A DNA stretch of 55,720 bases from IMG/VR virus record IMGVR_UViG_3300023181_000007, positions 1 to 55,720 of that record; one strand, given 5' to 3'. The notes under the pieces were generated by a model. It was not told the DNA's origin. It ran no database searches and was given only the letters and a program-made list of their open reading frames with translations. The translations under genes were made by a program, and so were the position numbers. Of the stretch, positions 26,193-36,970 are shown piece after piece; within the stretch, counting starts at the first letter, position 1, and the number at the start of each line of letters is the position of its first letter. The stretch comes from a virus. Taxonomy: Duplodnaviria; Caudoviricetes.

Positions 26193-28478
26193 ATGGGACA
26201 AATTAGCCCGGCATACGACGATAGAGTACGTTATACACTAATGTACAAACCATACGGAACCGAAGTAATTGACGACCCGATTGGTTGGGAAAATGACGAT
26301 AAAGAAATTGCCCGCAATGAGGATTATGACGGCATTATTACAAACTTTTCTAACGGATTAACCTTTGTTGGTTCAGGTGCCCAATATATACTTGCTGTTG
26401 ATGAGATTTATGGCGTTAATGCAAACATTAGATTGGTTAAGGAGGTAAGAAACCCTAAAACCGATCTATGGGAAAGGGCTTACTTTGGTTATTTAGATTT
26501 ATCTACAATGGAGGAGGAAAACAAGCAAGTTAAAATTAAATTCAACTCCGGAGGAATAGAGCAAATATTAAAAGCCCGTGAAAGTGAAAGCGTTGAGATT
26601 GACAGATTGACCACTATGGACGGCAAGCCAATAGATCCTATCCGTGTAGATATGGTATATTTAGAGGGTAGGGAGATTTTATTAAATACTTCTTACAATA
26701 TAAAAGAATCAGCTAACACCGCAACTGTAACCTTGGACAGTAAAGGCAATATTAGGCAAGAAACGGTTGGCGTTCCGTTGGCAGTAATTAGCCAAAGCCA
26801 TGAGGAGGCGCAAAGCGTTCTTGCTGAAACCAACGCTAATGAGGTTAACGGTACAAACGGGATAATGTTTTTTGCAGATAACGAAAGTGAAAGAGTGCTT
26901 AACATCACATTAGACTTATCTTTTGTAACAAACATTACCCGGATGGATGATACAACACAATCGCGTTATGCTTTATGTTTAACAAAATACACTAACGGCA
27001 TTGATTATGTGAGGAGCACCGTTATAGAGTTATTTAACACAGATACAAACGGCATTGATGCTTTGGGAGGTGATCATTGGAGAAATCCGTTTACAGGAAT
27101 AAATGAGAATCCTAAAACCTCGCATTCTGTATCATGGGGAGGCCAAATACATCTTTTAGAGGGTGAAAGTTTAGCCCTTGAGTTTATAGCAAAAAGTAAG
27201 TTAGGAGGAGATTTTAGTGTTGGGCATCTTGATATTGTTGCGGAAAGCATAACCGGAGGGCTTAAAATAATAGACAATAGTTATTATCCATCAAGCCAAT
27301 CAAAGTGCGTTTTAGCTTTTGAACTTGCAAACAAGCTTATAGAGATAATGACAGGAAGCGACACGGCGTTTTATAGCGAGTTTTTAGGCCGTACCGATAT
27401 TGGATATACAAAAGACGGAAAAGGCTCTTTAAATGGCTTTACTCATGGTTTTTGGGTGAGGGGTTTTGATTCACTCCCGGAAAGTACCGAAACGAATATA
27501 AATTCATTCAAACCCTTAACAACCTCATGGAAAGATTTTATGACCTCTATGGAGGCTATTTGGAACGTTGGTTTAGGTATTGAAACCGTCGGATATACTG
27601 ACCGTATTGTTTTAGAGGATAAAACATATTTTTGGCAACGTCAGGTAACAGTAAGATTGCCTAACCAAATAACCAAAAACAAAAATAGTGTTGCTACTAA
27701 ATATTACTATTCAGGTTTAGAGTTTGGATATGCCAAGGGCGGAGAGTATGAGGAGGCTATGGGATTGGATGAGTACAATGGAAAATCAACTTTCACAACA
27801 GTAATAACACGACTTAAAAATACTTTCTCTCAACTTTCGTTGTATCGTGCTGATAGTTTCGGTAAAGAATTTGCAAGGCGTAAACCCCGCATAAAATACC
27901 CAACCGAGGACTCCCAATATGATAATGATATTTTCATAATGGATATGAAGAGAACCGGCACCGATTCCGGGCAACCAATCGGAGAGGGTCCCGCGCCTGT
28001 ATTTTTAGAAAGAAAATGGCAAGATGATTTTGCAGAGGCACCAACCGGAACATATAGCCCGAATACTGCAACTAACTTAAGACTATCACCTGTAAACAAC
28101 TTATTAAGACACGGTTGGTTTATTGCGGCGGGATTTACAAAATACCTATCGGATTATGTTAGGTACGGAAGCTCAACAGCTAACAGCAGTTTAAAAACTA
28201 GGCTAATCGGAGGTAATGAACATGCTGAAAACGGTAATATTATCAACAAAGAGTTGGGAAATGCTAGGTTTATACCTCAATTCAAAGAGTTTGAGCATGA
28301 AGTTACTCCGGAAATAATGGCACAAATAGAGGGATTCACGGTTATAAATGGCCGTAAAGTTCCTAATGTTTACGGGCTATTTGAATTTAGAGACGAAAAC
28401 AATGATATAAGGCTTGGTTATTTAATAAATTTGAAGCCTAACGAAAACAAGTTCAAATTACTAACAGCTAATAGATAA
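26193..28478 (+). CDS. tail tip/hub protein
   Basis: 761 aa right after the TMP; DPIGWEND N-terminus. Confidence 0.6.
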   Translation: MGQISPAYDDRVRYTLMYKPYGTEVIDDPIGWENDDKEIARNEDYDGIITNFSNGLTFVGSGAQYILAVDEIYGVNANIRLVKEVRNPKTDLWERAYFGYLDLSTMEEENKQVKIKFNSGGIEQILKARESESVEIDRLTTMDGKPIDPIRVDMVYLEGREILLNTSYNIKESANTATVTLDSKGNIRQETVGVPLAVISQSHEEAQSVLAETNANEVNGTNGIMFFADNESERVLNITLDLSFVTNITRMDDTTQSRYALCLTKYTNGIDYVRSTVIELFNTDTNGIDALGGDHWRNPFTGINENPKTSHSVSWGGQIHLLEGESLALEFIAKSKLGGDFSVGHLDIVAESITGGLKIIDNSYYPSSQSKCVLAFELANKLIEIMTGSDTAFYSEFLGRTDIGYTKDGKGSLNGFTHGFWVRGFDSLPESTETNINSFKPLTTSWKDFMTSMEAIWNVGLGIETVGYTDRIVLEDKTYFWQRQVTVRLPNQITKNKNSVATKYYYSGLEFGYAKGGEYEEAMGLDEYNGKSTFTTVITRLKNTFSQLSLYRADSFGKEFARRKPRIKYPTEDSQYDNDIFIMDMKRTGTDSGQPIGEGPAPVFLERKWQDDFAEAPTGTYSPNTATNLRLSPVNNLLRHGWFIAAGFTKYLSDYVRYGSSTANSSLKTRLIGGNEHAENGNIINKELGNARFIPQFKEFEHEVTPEIMAQIEGFTVINGRKVPNVYGLFEFRDENNDIRLGYLINLKPNENKFKLLTANR

Positions 28479-28483
28479 AAGTT

Positions 28484-30547
28484 ATGCCGGGAAATATCAT
28501 AAATATAACATTCAATGAGGACTTGGCCGTTAATGGCTATGTTTACATTAACGCTACTCAAGTAGGATTTGGAGGAGAGAGCATTAACCTAGACTTTGAG
28601 GAGCGTTGGTATGTTTTGAGGGACGCGCCGAAAAGAGTGACAACAGGCACCCCAACAACGACGCCGGGAGAGAGAAGCGCGATAAACTTTCAAGAAGCTT
28701 TTGGCCTTGACTATAATGGTACAAATCTATATACTATAACAAGAGTCGCAAATGTTGTGACTATAACCGCTATTAATACAAGCCTAACCGGAATTAGCTT
28801 TCAAAGCGGATTTGCATTGGATCAATACGGCCAACCGGGATATGCGGATGTTACTTTTACATTTGGAACGGTAAGCACCGCGACGTTTAAAATTGATAAA
28901 GTAACATATAGCCCTAATCCTGCCAATGTTTGTGATTCTGTAATTGTAAACGTGTTCACTTCAACGCAAGCATCACAGATATTAGAACCCGCATCATTGG
29001 CCGGTACTGTAAACACAAATCCGTTTTCTTTTGTTTGGCCTAGGGGTTCATCATTAACTTTAAAGGTTAAAAACGGTCAAAATGTTGAGGCCAAAACAAG
29101 TATTGTGACAGCTAGAAGATTAACAGCAGATAATTACAATGCTAAAATCTACAACAGTCCTAACGGGGCAACGGTAATCATAGCTGTTAATAGATTTGTA
29201 GCTACTTACATAAATCAAGCATTACTTGTTTTAACTTATAGCCTTGACGGAATAACATATCAAGATTCAAACCAATTTACAGGTTTGGCACCGGGGCAAT
29301 ATACTGTTTACTTAAAAGATCAGTATGGATGTATAAAAACTCTAAATTTCACCATTGAGGAGGTATCAAGCGGTTACAAGCCGTATTTCCATATATCCAA
29401 GGCTATGAGTTTAAGATTTGCTTATAGAGTTGACTTTGATGCTAATTTCAGGACCGACGAAAATACATTAAGTTGTGAATCAAATGTACTGTTACCGTAT
29501 AAAGAAATTCAGCAATTCCAATCTAACGATGTTATTACAACCCAATTCAAGAGTAACTTTTCAGATAACACCGCAACGGCTATAAAACAAGATGGAACGT
29601 TGATTGATTTGCCGGTAATTCAAAAATCAAATAACATTGGAGTTACCGACAAAAGGGACGCTACTAGGGTTGGCCTAGGTAATGGTAAAACAGGTATTTA
29701 TTTTACTAGCGGCAAAACTTACGATTACACAACTAACGTCGAAAATGGTACTTATGCTTTAAATGGTGCACTTCCTTATTGGGCAACAGAAAACCAATAT
29801 TTTAGTATAAATAATGTTTGGTATCAAGTTGATGAGGTTATTTTTAATGAGGATTTAAACGCCGACATGATTATTATAGATATATTTTCATCGTTTACTC
29901 CTACAACCGTAATAGCTGCATCAGTATTTAATTTATTCAATTACGAAGTTTATGAATTCTCAATTGATTTTTCTCTATACAATAATCAAAACTTACAAAT
30001 AAAGATTGATTGCATAGATGATAACTATGGTGAAGTTCATTTATTGAGTGAAAAGATAAACGTAAAAGACAAACAGCCCGGAACTGTTGAGATTAAATAT
30101 TCAAACCCGACCAATACAGACGTTTTTTATACAACAGGAATAGAAAACCTAATTAGGCAGGGGCTAGCGCAATACATACCTATTGCAGATGAGGATAGTG
30201 AGACAAACAGAAACGACAATAACAGTTATTTGTTAAGCTCTCAAGTTAGGGAGGCCGTTCAGTTTGTTTTTAAACCTGTTACCTTAGAAATAATGCGTAA
30301 AATGGTTCAAGCATTTAATCATAAGATTTTACAGATTGACGGGGTGTATTTTGTTAAAAATGGAAATTGTGAGGTTAGTGAGCCTTTAGGAGACACAAAC
30401 ACCTTTGTTGTAAAAGCTAACCTATTGAAAACAGCCGGTCCGTTAAATACAAATCTATCTAATTCGGGCAATGATATTATTGATACAAGTAATACCGATG
30501 TTCCGGGATTAATAGATATTGGAGACGGTAATTTTATAAAATACTAA
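28484..30547 (+). CDS. tail/baseplate structural protein with Ig-like segment
   Basis: YSLDGITYQDSNQFTGLAPGQYTVYLKD (SprB-like beta repeat). Confidence 0.6.
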   Translation: MPGNIINITFNEDLAVNGYVYINATQVGFGGESINLDFEERWYVLRDAPKRVTTGTPTTTPGERSAINFQEAFGLDYNGTNLYTITRVANVVTITAINTSLTGISFQSGFALDQYGQPGYADVTFTFGTVSTATFKIDKVTYSPNPANVCDSVIVNVFTSTQASQILEPASLAGTVNTNPFSFVWPRGSSLTLKVKNGQNVEAKTSIVTARRLTADNYNAKIYNSPNGATVIIAVNRFVATYINQALLVLTYSLDGITYQDSNQFTGLAPGQYTVYLKDQYGCIKTLNFTIEEVSSGYKPYFHISKAMSLRFAYRVDFDANFRTDENTLSCESNVLLPYKEIQQFQSNDVITTQFKSNFSDNTATAIKQDGTLIDLPVIQKSNNIGVTDKRDATRVGLGNGKTGIYFTSGKTYDYTTNVENGTYALNGALPYWATENQYFSINNVWYQVDEVIFNEDLNADMIIIDIFSSFTPTTVIAASVFNLFNYEVYEFSIDFSLYNNQNLQIKIDCIDDNYGEVHLLSEKINVKDKQPGTVEIKYSNPTNTDVFYTTGIENLIRQGLAQYIPIADEDSETNRNDNNSYLLSSQVREAVQFVFKPVTLEIMRKMVQAFNHKILQIDGVYFVKNGNCEVSEPLGDTNTFVVKANLLKTAGPLNTNLSNSGNDIIDTSNTDVPGLIDIGDGNFIKY

Positions 30548-30564
30548 CCTAAAAAATTAATAAA

Positions 30565-31830
30565 ATGGGATTAGAGCAAACAATACTAAAAAGGTTGGCG
30601 GATATAACCACATGGATAGATGGAATAAACGCCAATTCCAAGAAAATAAGCGAATTCCCCGTTGCGTCAGATAACGCCGGGGATTTGGCTATTTTCAATA
30701 ATACGTTGCAGAGAACGGAAAAGATAAGCCGCGAAAACCTAGTTGATCAAAATAACATTGTGCTTTGGAAAAACATTGGTTTGTTACCGGGCAACGGTAC
30801 GGTTACAAATAAAGAGTTGGCTTTGTTTTTAAATGATATACCAATATTGTTCTTGGTTGATCAACATTCAACGCCTGTTGTGATAGAGTGCACAAAATAC
30901 AATGGTGCTTCTATTTTTAGATACTTATATTTTCTAACGACGGGTAGGGGAACATATGGAGGCAATTACACTCATGTATTACCTAGCTCTTTGAGGCAAG
31001 TGAGCGCGCAAGCTGCTACTCCGGCCGACATTAACCCCGGTCCTAATATTCAAATAACATCATTGGGGGAATTGCCAAGCATTGACGATTTTTTAGACAC
31101 AGTAAATCAAGAGTCGTATGATTTTACAGATGATTCTATTGAGTATTATTTTAGTTACTCAGTAACATATTTTCCGGGCACTATAAATGAACGGGAGGTT
31201 TTATATTTAGTTCAGTTTGTTGGAGAGCCGGGAGAGTATGGCGGGACCGATCCGGGGGCAACTCTTTTTCAAGACACCGACTTTGTTGATACTACAAGCA
31301 GCGCGGCCGATTATGTATCAAATCAGGATAATATCACAATAGTAAAAACCTTTAGTTACAATGATGGTGATTCACAAGCTACTATTCTAGGAAAAATAAA
31401 CGCTATAGCAGCCTATACAGTCGATGAATACCAAAGTGTAATATTTAGAGGTGTTAATTCAGCAAATAGCAGCCGTATTATACGCTATAAAATGCTAAAC
31501 AAAGGTAAAGGCAATTATGGAGCCGGCCAAAGTCCGTTATTAGCTGATGATATAGAGTTAATATATGAGCCGCCTTTTAGGTTGGATTTTGGTAAGATTT
31601 ACAAGATAGGCAAGGGATATGTTGAAACCGTTGGAGGTATAACCCCAAACTCCGGAGCCTTTGATTTAAACGAAAAAGGAGATTATTTTGTTGGTGTTGA
31701 TCTTGATGGTTATGTTAGATTCCCAATGAGGTACGGAGGCACGGGTGATGTTAATGTTTTTTCAAATCATTATTGGGAGACAGGCGTTAAAGTTAATATT
31801 CCCGGAGAGCCTAATTATATAGCTCCTTAG
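30565..31830 (+). CDS. tail fibre/baseplate-associated protein with internal repeats
   Basis: SKKISEFP N-terminus; repeated GxGxYG motifs. Confidence 0.5.
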   Translation: MGLEQTILKRLADITTWIDGINANSKKISEFPVASDNAGDLAIFNNTLQRTEKISRENLVDQNNIVLWKNIGLLPGNGTVTNKELALFLNDIPILFLVDQHSTPVVIECTKYNGASIFRYLYFLTTGRGTYGGNYTHVLPSSLRQVSAQAATPADINPGPNIQITSLGELPSIDDFLDTVNQESYDFTDDSIEYYFSYSVTYFPGTINEREVLYLVQFVGEPGEYGGTDPGATLFQDTDFVDTTSSAADYVSNQDNITIVKTFSYNDGDSQATILGKINAIAAYTVDEYQSVIFRGVNSANSSRIIRYKMLNKGKGNYGAGQSPLLADDIELIYEPPFRLDFGKIYKIGKGYVETVGGITPNSGAFDLNEKGDYFVGVDLDGYVRFPMRYGGTGDVNVFSNHYWETGVKVNIPGEPNYIAP

Positions 31831-31833
31831 TAA

Positions 31834-31878
31834 AAAAGCGAATCACTCTAAATTATTGAGTGGTTCGTTTTACATTTG
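31834..31878 (+). terminator. terminator fused to a -7 promoter box
   Basis: GCGAATCACTC/GAGTGGTTCGT stem, T-run, then TACATTTG 31871-31878. Confidence 0.7.
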
Positions 31879-31900
31879 TATAATAATTTAAAACTTTAAT

Positions 31901-34510
31901 ATGAAAAAATCAATCTTAATTTTATTTATTCTTTTGTGCAACTTGATGAGTGCACAAACAGAAATTGGAACATTGAAATTAACCGGCAATCCTTTAACGG
32001 TAAATGACACAACAAAAGTTGATATACTAGTTAGGGACAAAACCGCAACTTCAACAAAGGGTATAGTTAGAAAAATAACTTGGCCTTATTTTTCTACAAT
32101 AATAAACAGCACGGTTGCCGGCAATATCAAAACTGTTGGCGGGCAATCTTTAATTGGAGTTGGAAATGTTACAGAGATTCAAAACTCTTTGGCAGCATCA
32201 ACAATATTAGGGCCAAGCGCAACGGCTGTTAATACAGGTCTTGCAACTAAACAAGCAACACTTGTATCGGGCACTAATATTAAAACAATAGAAACTCAAA
32301 CGCTTTTAGGTTCCGGGAATATTGACTTGGTTAAGACGGATGTAGGATTATCAAATGTTGATAATACAAGTGATGCAAACAAACCCGTTTCAACGGCGCA
32401 ACAAACGGCTATTGATGCAAAAGTTGAAAACAATTTAACGGCATCAACAACGGTTGCGCCAAGTAAAACAGCAGTAAATACAGCTTTAGCAGGAAAGCAA
32501 AATACTTTGGTAAGTGGAACTAATATAAAAACCGTTGGAGGCAACTCATTATTGGGTAGTGGTGATGTTCCGTTTCCAACTCCTGCATCACAGGTGCAAA
32601 ACTCTTTATCCCCGGCATCAACTACATTAGCCCCAAGTGTTGACGCCGCAAATGCAGGATTAGCATTAAAGGCTAATGACAATGCAGTTATTCACACAAC
32701 AGGCAATGAATCAAGAACGGGGACTTTAAATAATACAGGAACTGTTACTATATCGGATGGGTCAGGGGGTACAAGCCTTAAATTAGAAAGAGGTACAGGA
32801 GGCGTATATTTTGCTAACTTACTAAATGATGATGGTTTGCTGTTAAATAATAAAGCAAATACAATAAGATACCAAACATGGTTTAATAATGGAAATACAA
32901 TTATAGGAGGTACAACAGCTAATATTGATAATAATTATAAATTTGAAGTAAGAGGAACTACAAGGCTATTGAGAACGGGTGTAGATGGTGGGGGCTTAGC
33001 CGGAAGTGCCACAATAGCCTCAGATGCGAAAACAATAAATGATGGTGTTGCCATTGATTTTCAAGCATTAAACAGCAGTAGTAATACTGCAACTTATGGT
33101 CTTATATATTCAATTTTAGAAGGTGTTACGGCAGGCTCTCATTCAGGTAGTTTAAACTTTAGAACTATAAATGCTAACACTAATGTTTTAGCTCTTAAAT
33201 TAACAAAAGAGGGTAGGGCTATAATAGGAAACGGAACAGACAACGGAGAAATATTACAAGTAACAGGAAAAGCAACGGTTTCAAGTGCGCCAACCAATAG
33301 TACAGATGTAGCAAGACTCTTGGAACTTAATGGAAAAGCTAACACAAATGGTTCTAATGCTTCGGGTACGTGGTCTAATATAGTTGCCGGAAATAGTAAT
33401 GGTTTAGGAGGCTATCAATATGTAGATGCTCTTACAAATAACATTAGTACGTTCTTAGTTAGAGAAGCGGGAAATATAAATTGGAAAGTGGCTAGCCCTA
33501 CTGCGGTTATTAATGCTTTAGGGATAAATACAAAATCAGAAATAGCAAGCACCTTAACTGTAAATAATACTGATATACCTACTGGAAGCGATTTAAATAC
33601 ATATACTACAACAGGATTATATTTTTGTCAAACAAATGCAATAGCAGGAGCAGGAACAAACTTTCCGGTTGCAAATGCAGGAAAATTAGAAGTTGTCACA
33701 CGTAATGGTGATACTAATACTATTTATCAAACTTATCATACATATCAAGCTGTTAATACAGTATATACGCGCGCAAGATTTGGGGGTACATGGAGTACTT
33801 GGGCATTACTTACAAATGATGCAACTTTAACAACAGGATTAAACAATAAACTTACTATTGGAGGTGACGCAAAGGGTACGACTGTTAGTGTGGGTACAAC
33901 AGATGCTCAAACATTCCAAGTAATAGCAGGGGGCGCAACTAAGGCACAATTTGCATCCGGAACAACAACATTTTTTGGAGCAACTGCAATAATAAATGGA
34001 AGTCTTATTTTAACGCCCGGTCAAGTTATTGGAACGCCGCCGGGAACAGGAACACAAATATTAATAGCAGCAAGCGGAAGCCCTACAGTTTATCGATCAG
34101 CTACAGTCACAACAGTTGGGCATTCTTTTACAGGAGGGACAACGGATATAGTAAATTTTGGCAATCCAGTAGTTGCAGGCATTAGAGTAGATGGGCGTGC
34201 TTATGGTACAAACGGAAGTGTTGCCGCCGATTTTGCTACAGTAGGTCAATTACCAATTATATACACGGCAACCGCAACATTAGACTTTCCAAGTACGTCA
34301 GCAAACAACTCAAGTGAATTAACAATAAGCGTTTCAGGAGCCGCAATTGGTAATGTAGTAACTGTTGGTCCTCCTGCAACAGAATTAGCGGGGGTATGCT
34401 TTACAGGGAGAGTTACAGCCGCCGGAGTTGTAACGCTAAAATGCAATAATTATAGCGCAAGCGTTAAAGATCCGGCATCGGGTTCATATACCGTAAAAGT
34501 GATGCCTTAA
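31901..34510 (+). CDS. tail fibre/receptor-binding-like protein with pyocin-knob-like domain and N-terminal signal-peptide-like segment
   Basis: T/G/N/S-rich; DVGLSNVDNTSDANKPVSTAQQ fibre motif; DLNTYTTTGLY...RFGGTWSTW knob. Confidence 0.75.
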   Translation: MKKSILILFILLCNLMSAQTEIGTLKLTGNPLTVNDTTKVDILVRDKTATSTKGIVRKITWPYFSTIINSTVAGNIKTVGGQSLIGVGNVTEIQNSLAASTILGPSATAVNTGLATKQATLVSGTNIKTIETQTLLGSGNIDLVKTDVGLSNVDNTSDANKPVSTAQQTAIDAKVENNLTASTTVAPSKTAVNTALAGKQNTLVSGTNIKTVGGNSLLGSGDVPFPTPASQVQNSLSPASTTLAPSVDAANAGLALKANDNAVIHTTGNESRTGTLNNTGTVTISDGSGGTSLKLERGTGGVYFANLLNDDGLLLNNKANTIRYQTWFNNGNTIIGGTTANIDNNYKFEVRGTTRLLRTGVDGGGLAGSATIASDAKTINDGVAIDFQALNSSSNTATYGLIYSILEGVTAGSHSGSLNFRTINANTNVLALKLTKEGRAIIGNGTDNGEILQVTGKATVSSAPTNSTDVARLLELNGKANTNGSNASGTWSNIVAGNSNGLGGYQYVDALTNNISTFLVREAGNINWKVASPTAVINALGINTKSEIASTLTVNNTDIPTGSDLNTYTTTGLYFCQTNAIAGAGTNFPVANAGKLEVVTRNGDTNTIYQTYHTYQAVNTVYTRARFGGTWSTWALLTNDATLTTGLNNKLTIGGDAKGTTVSVGTTDAQTFQVIAGGATKAQFASGTTTFFGATAIINGSLILTPGQVIGTPPGTGTQILIAASGSPTVYRSATVTTVGHSFTGGTTDIVNFGNPVVAGIRVDGRAYGTNGSVAADFATVGQLPIIYTATATLDFPSTSANNSSELTISVSGAAIGNVVTVGPPATELAGVCFTGRVTAAGVVTLKCNNYSASVKDPASGSYTVKVMP

Positions 34511-34582
34511 TTTAAGAAGTCATTAACTATAATATTTAAGGTTAGTCATAATTTTGGCTAACCTTACTTTAATTATAATGTT

Positions 34583-35062
34583 ATGATACAAACCTATCTA
34601 TGTGTAGAGAGCAAAGCAGCTCTAAAAGCCGAAGTAGACAGAATTAACGACGGCCAACCAATTACTTTATTAGACACTCCCGGTTTAGTGTATGTTTGGA
34701 ACGCAAGCAGCACGGCGGCGGATGATAATAATTTAGTTCTAAGGCCGGATAATATTCCGTCAGGTGATCCCGGACGTTATTTGTTTGCTTATAAGTGGAA
34801 TCTAAACGCAACCGTTAAGCTTACCGGTACAACCGATAGCTCCGGAAACTTTACGTTTGCTTATCCGGCGGCTTACCCAACATTACCAAATGTACAGCCT
34901 GTAATAATGGGAGGTACAAACACTCAAACCTTTAAATTAACCGCATCTACTGTAAACGGATTTACGGTAAATGTTGTAAATAGGAATGAGGGAGTTCTTG
35001 GGGTCTTACCTAGCTACTCAAATGTAGTTGGGGCAACTGTTACGGTTTTGGTTACGGCATAA
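34583..35062 (+). CDS. small tail fibre/spike-related protein
   Basis: YVWNASSTAADDN...GRY N-terminus; FAYPAAYPTLP C-terminal domain. Confidence 0.55.
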   Translation: MIQTYLCVESKAALKAEVDRINDGQPITLLDTPGLVYVWNASSTAADDNNLVLRPDNIPSGDPGRYLFAYKWNLNATVKLTGTTDSSGNFTFAYPAAYPTLPNVQPVIMGGTNTQTFKLTASTVNGFTVNVVNRNEGVLGVLPSYSNVVGATVTVLVTA

Positions 35063-35081
35063 GTTTTAAATTATGATTATT

Positions 35082-35120
35082 AAAGCCTCTCATTATTGGG
35101 AGGCTTTTTTTATATCTTTG
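35082..35120 (+). terminator. terminator fused to a -7 promoter box
   Basis: AAAGCCTCTCA/TGGGAGGCTTT stem plus T-run; TATCTTTG 35113-35120. Confidence 0.75.
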
Positions 35121-35154
35121 CTTTATAATAATATTAACAAATAAATTTTTTATC

Positions 35155-35379
35155 ATGTGCAAACCGGTTAGATGTGTAGCTAAGATTTCAGAAGCATTAG
35201 CAGTAGAATTAGGACTTACCTTTAAAGACAACAATAATCAATTTGTTGTATCTATGCAACTTGCGGAGGAATTGGAATTTGGGGAGTTTACTATTATACC
35301 CGCAAACTATCAGGTAAGTGATGCAAAGGGTATATTGCCGATAAATCCAAAGAAACCAATAGTTAGGCCAAGGCCATAA
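35155..35379 (+). CDS. hypothetical protein
   Basis: First ORF after the promoter box. Confidence 0.6.
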   Translation: MCKPVRCVAKISEALAVELGLTFKDNNNQFVVSMQLAEELEFGEFTIIPANYQVSDAKGILPINPKKPIVRPRP

Positions 35380-35382
35380 TTT

Positions 35383-35802
35383 ATGACTATCCCTAAACAC
35401 ATAGGCAACATATTAATATACTTGAGTACTTTTTTAAAAAGGCACATAGATATTATATGTTGCTTTTATCTTTTTAGCATGTTTTGGCTAGATGTTGAGT
35501 ATTTTATTTTTTATGATCGATTTTATGGGATTCATGAGGGAGAAATAAAACATTACTTTGACTTTAGCGTTGCCGGTTGGATATTTCTATTTGCTCATTA
35601 TAAAGAAATGAGATCATTTGGAAAGATAGCAACGATTGGTTTTACCGGAATATTAGCGATTAACTCATATCAGGTGCATGTTAATTTCAACTCAAGGGAT
35701 TATTTTATAGCGTGGGTTGTTAGTATGTTTATTTTAGTTTTTCTGATATACTGTTATCACATAGCAAAATATTTAAATCAGTATATAAACCCTAAATATT
35801 AA
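35383..35802 (+). CDS. multi-TM membrane protein
   Basis: About four hydrophobic segments. Confidence 0.65.
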   Translation: MTIPKHIGNILIYLSTFLKRHIDIICCFYLFSMFWLDVEYFIFYDRFYGIHEGEIKHYFDFSVAGWIFLFAHYKEMRSFGKIATIGFTGILAINSYQVHVNFNSRDYFIAWVVSMFILVFLIYCYHIAKYLNQYINPKY

Positions 35803-35805
35803 TAT

Positions 35806-36099
35806 ATGAAAAATGTAGTTACATCAAAGCAAGGCCAATGGAACCTAAGAGATTTATCAAGGGGACTTATAAGGGCAATCTTGGGGGCTATCCTGCCAAT
35901 TATCTATGAAGCGATGAACACAGTTATTGCGGGAGGTGATTTTGAGATTAATTGGAATGCAGTTTTGGCAATGGCAGGAGTCGCGGCAATCACTTATCTT
36001 GGGCCAAACCTTACCGATTCATCAAAGGTTATCATTACAACCTCAAGTAAAGAGGAGGCCGATCAAATTAAAAAAGAGATTATTAGGAAAGGCATTTAG
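35806..36099 (+). CDS. holin
   Basis: 97 aa, two TM helices, charged C-terminus, near the endolysin. Confidence 0.65.
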   Translation: MKNVVTSKQGQWNLRDLSRGLIRAILGAILPIIYEAMNTVIAGGDFEINWNAVLAMAGVAAITYLGPNLTDSSKVIITTSSKEEADQIKKEIIRKGI

Positions 36100-36121
36100 A
36101 TTAAATGCAAATTAATTCGTC

Positions 36122-36158
36122 AAAATACCCATATTCAAAAGATATGGGTATTTTTTTT
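36122..36158 (+). terminator. intrinsic terminator (possibly bidirectional)
   Basis: AAAATACCCATAT/ATATGGGTATTTT. Confidence 0.8.
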
Positions 36159-36218
36159 GCCAATATTGAGTTAAAAGTATTTTAATAGCTAATTTTGAGA
36201 CAACTAAAACCGACTACA

Positions 36219-36638
36219 ATGCATAAAGAGATATTGCCTTTACTTAGGCAGCTAATTAAATTGCCTCCAATCCAAAAAGTAATTGTACTATGTTTGATTA
36301 TAGCATTTAGTGTACCTTTGTTTTTAGGTTATTATTACGCCGACGTTATGGATGATAACAAAGCGTTAAAAATAGAGTTAAAAGAGGAAAGGGTTAAAAA
36401 TGAGCGTATTAATAATGAGTACATTAGCACGTTGGCAAAATGTGAGGAGGAAAAAAGAGAAATACAAGATTATCATGTAAACAAGTTTAACGAATACAGG
36501 GATAAAATAGAGGCTTATAACGCAGAAAAAAGTCAGCAATTAGAAAAAGATTATAAGGACGCTATTAGAACTATAACTCAAACACGTAAGGTTATTGACC
36601 GGACGGCAAAGAATTTGGATAAAAACAATAAACAATGA
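36219..36638 (+). CDS. TM-anchored coiled-coil protein (lysis accessory candidate)
   Basis: One TM segment plus coiled coil; start revised because 36195 overlaps the TAATTTTG box 36190-36197. Confidence 0.6.
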   Translation: MHKEILPLLRQLIKLPPIQKVIVLCLIIAFSVPLFLGYYYADVMDDNKALKIELKEERVKNERINNEYISTLAKCEEEKREIQDYHVNKFNEYRDKIEAYNAEKSQQLEKDYKDAIRTITQTRKVIDRTAKNLDKNNKQ

Positions 36639-36931
36639 AACAAATTTGCATCATATTATTTTTAATTTTCACTTCAACAAATCCGGGACAATCAACATTG
36701 CCCGACACGGTAAATGTAAAAAAGGAATCCGTTGTTGTTGATAGCACAATTTATAATATACCTATCCGAACTGATTTGGATAAGCATATTGAGAAAGTAG
36801 ATAAATTAAAAATTGAAGCAAAGCAACTCCTTAATAAAAGTCTACAACTTGAGGATAAAGTTAAAGAAGTACAAATGCAAAAAGATGTAAAAGAGGCATT
36901 TGAAACCCTAAACAAAAATATAAACCACTAA
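36635..36931 (+). CDS. exported coiled-coil protein
   Basis: Signal-like N-terminus; ATGA overlap. Confidence 0.6.
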   Translation: MKQICIILFLIFTSTNPGQSTLPDTVNVKKESVVVDSTIYNIPIRTDLDKHIEKVDKLKIEAKQLLNKSLQLEDKVKEVQMQKDVKEAFETLNKNINH

Positions 36932-36970
36932 ATCAATATCTTTGAGCTATAATTCTAAACTTATTTTATT

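Noticed and set aside
31901-34510. Diversity-generating retroelement or invertible fibre cassette
   Set aside because: No reverse transcriptase or invertase, and no near-identical template/variable repeat pair; the repeats are diverged protein repeats.
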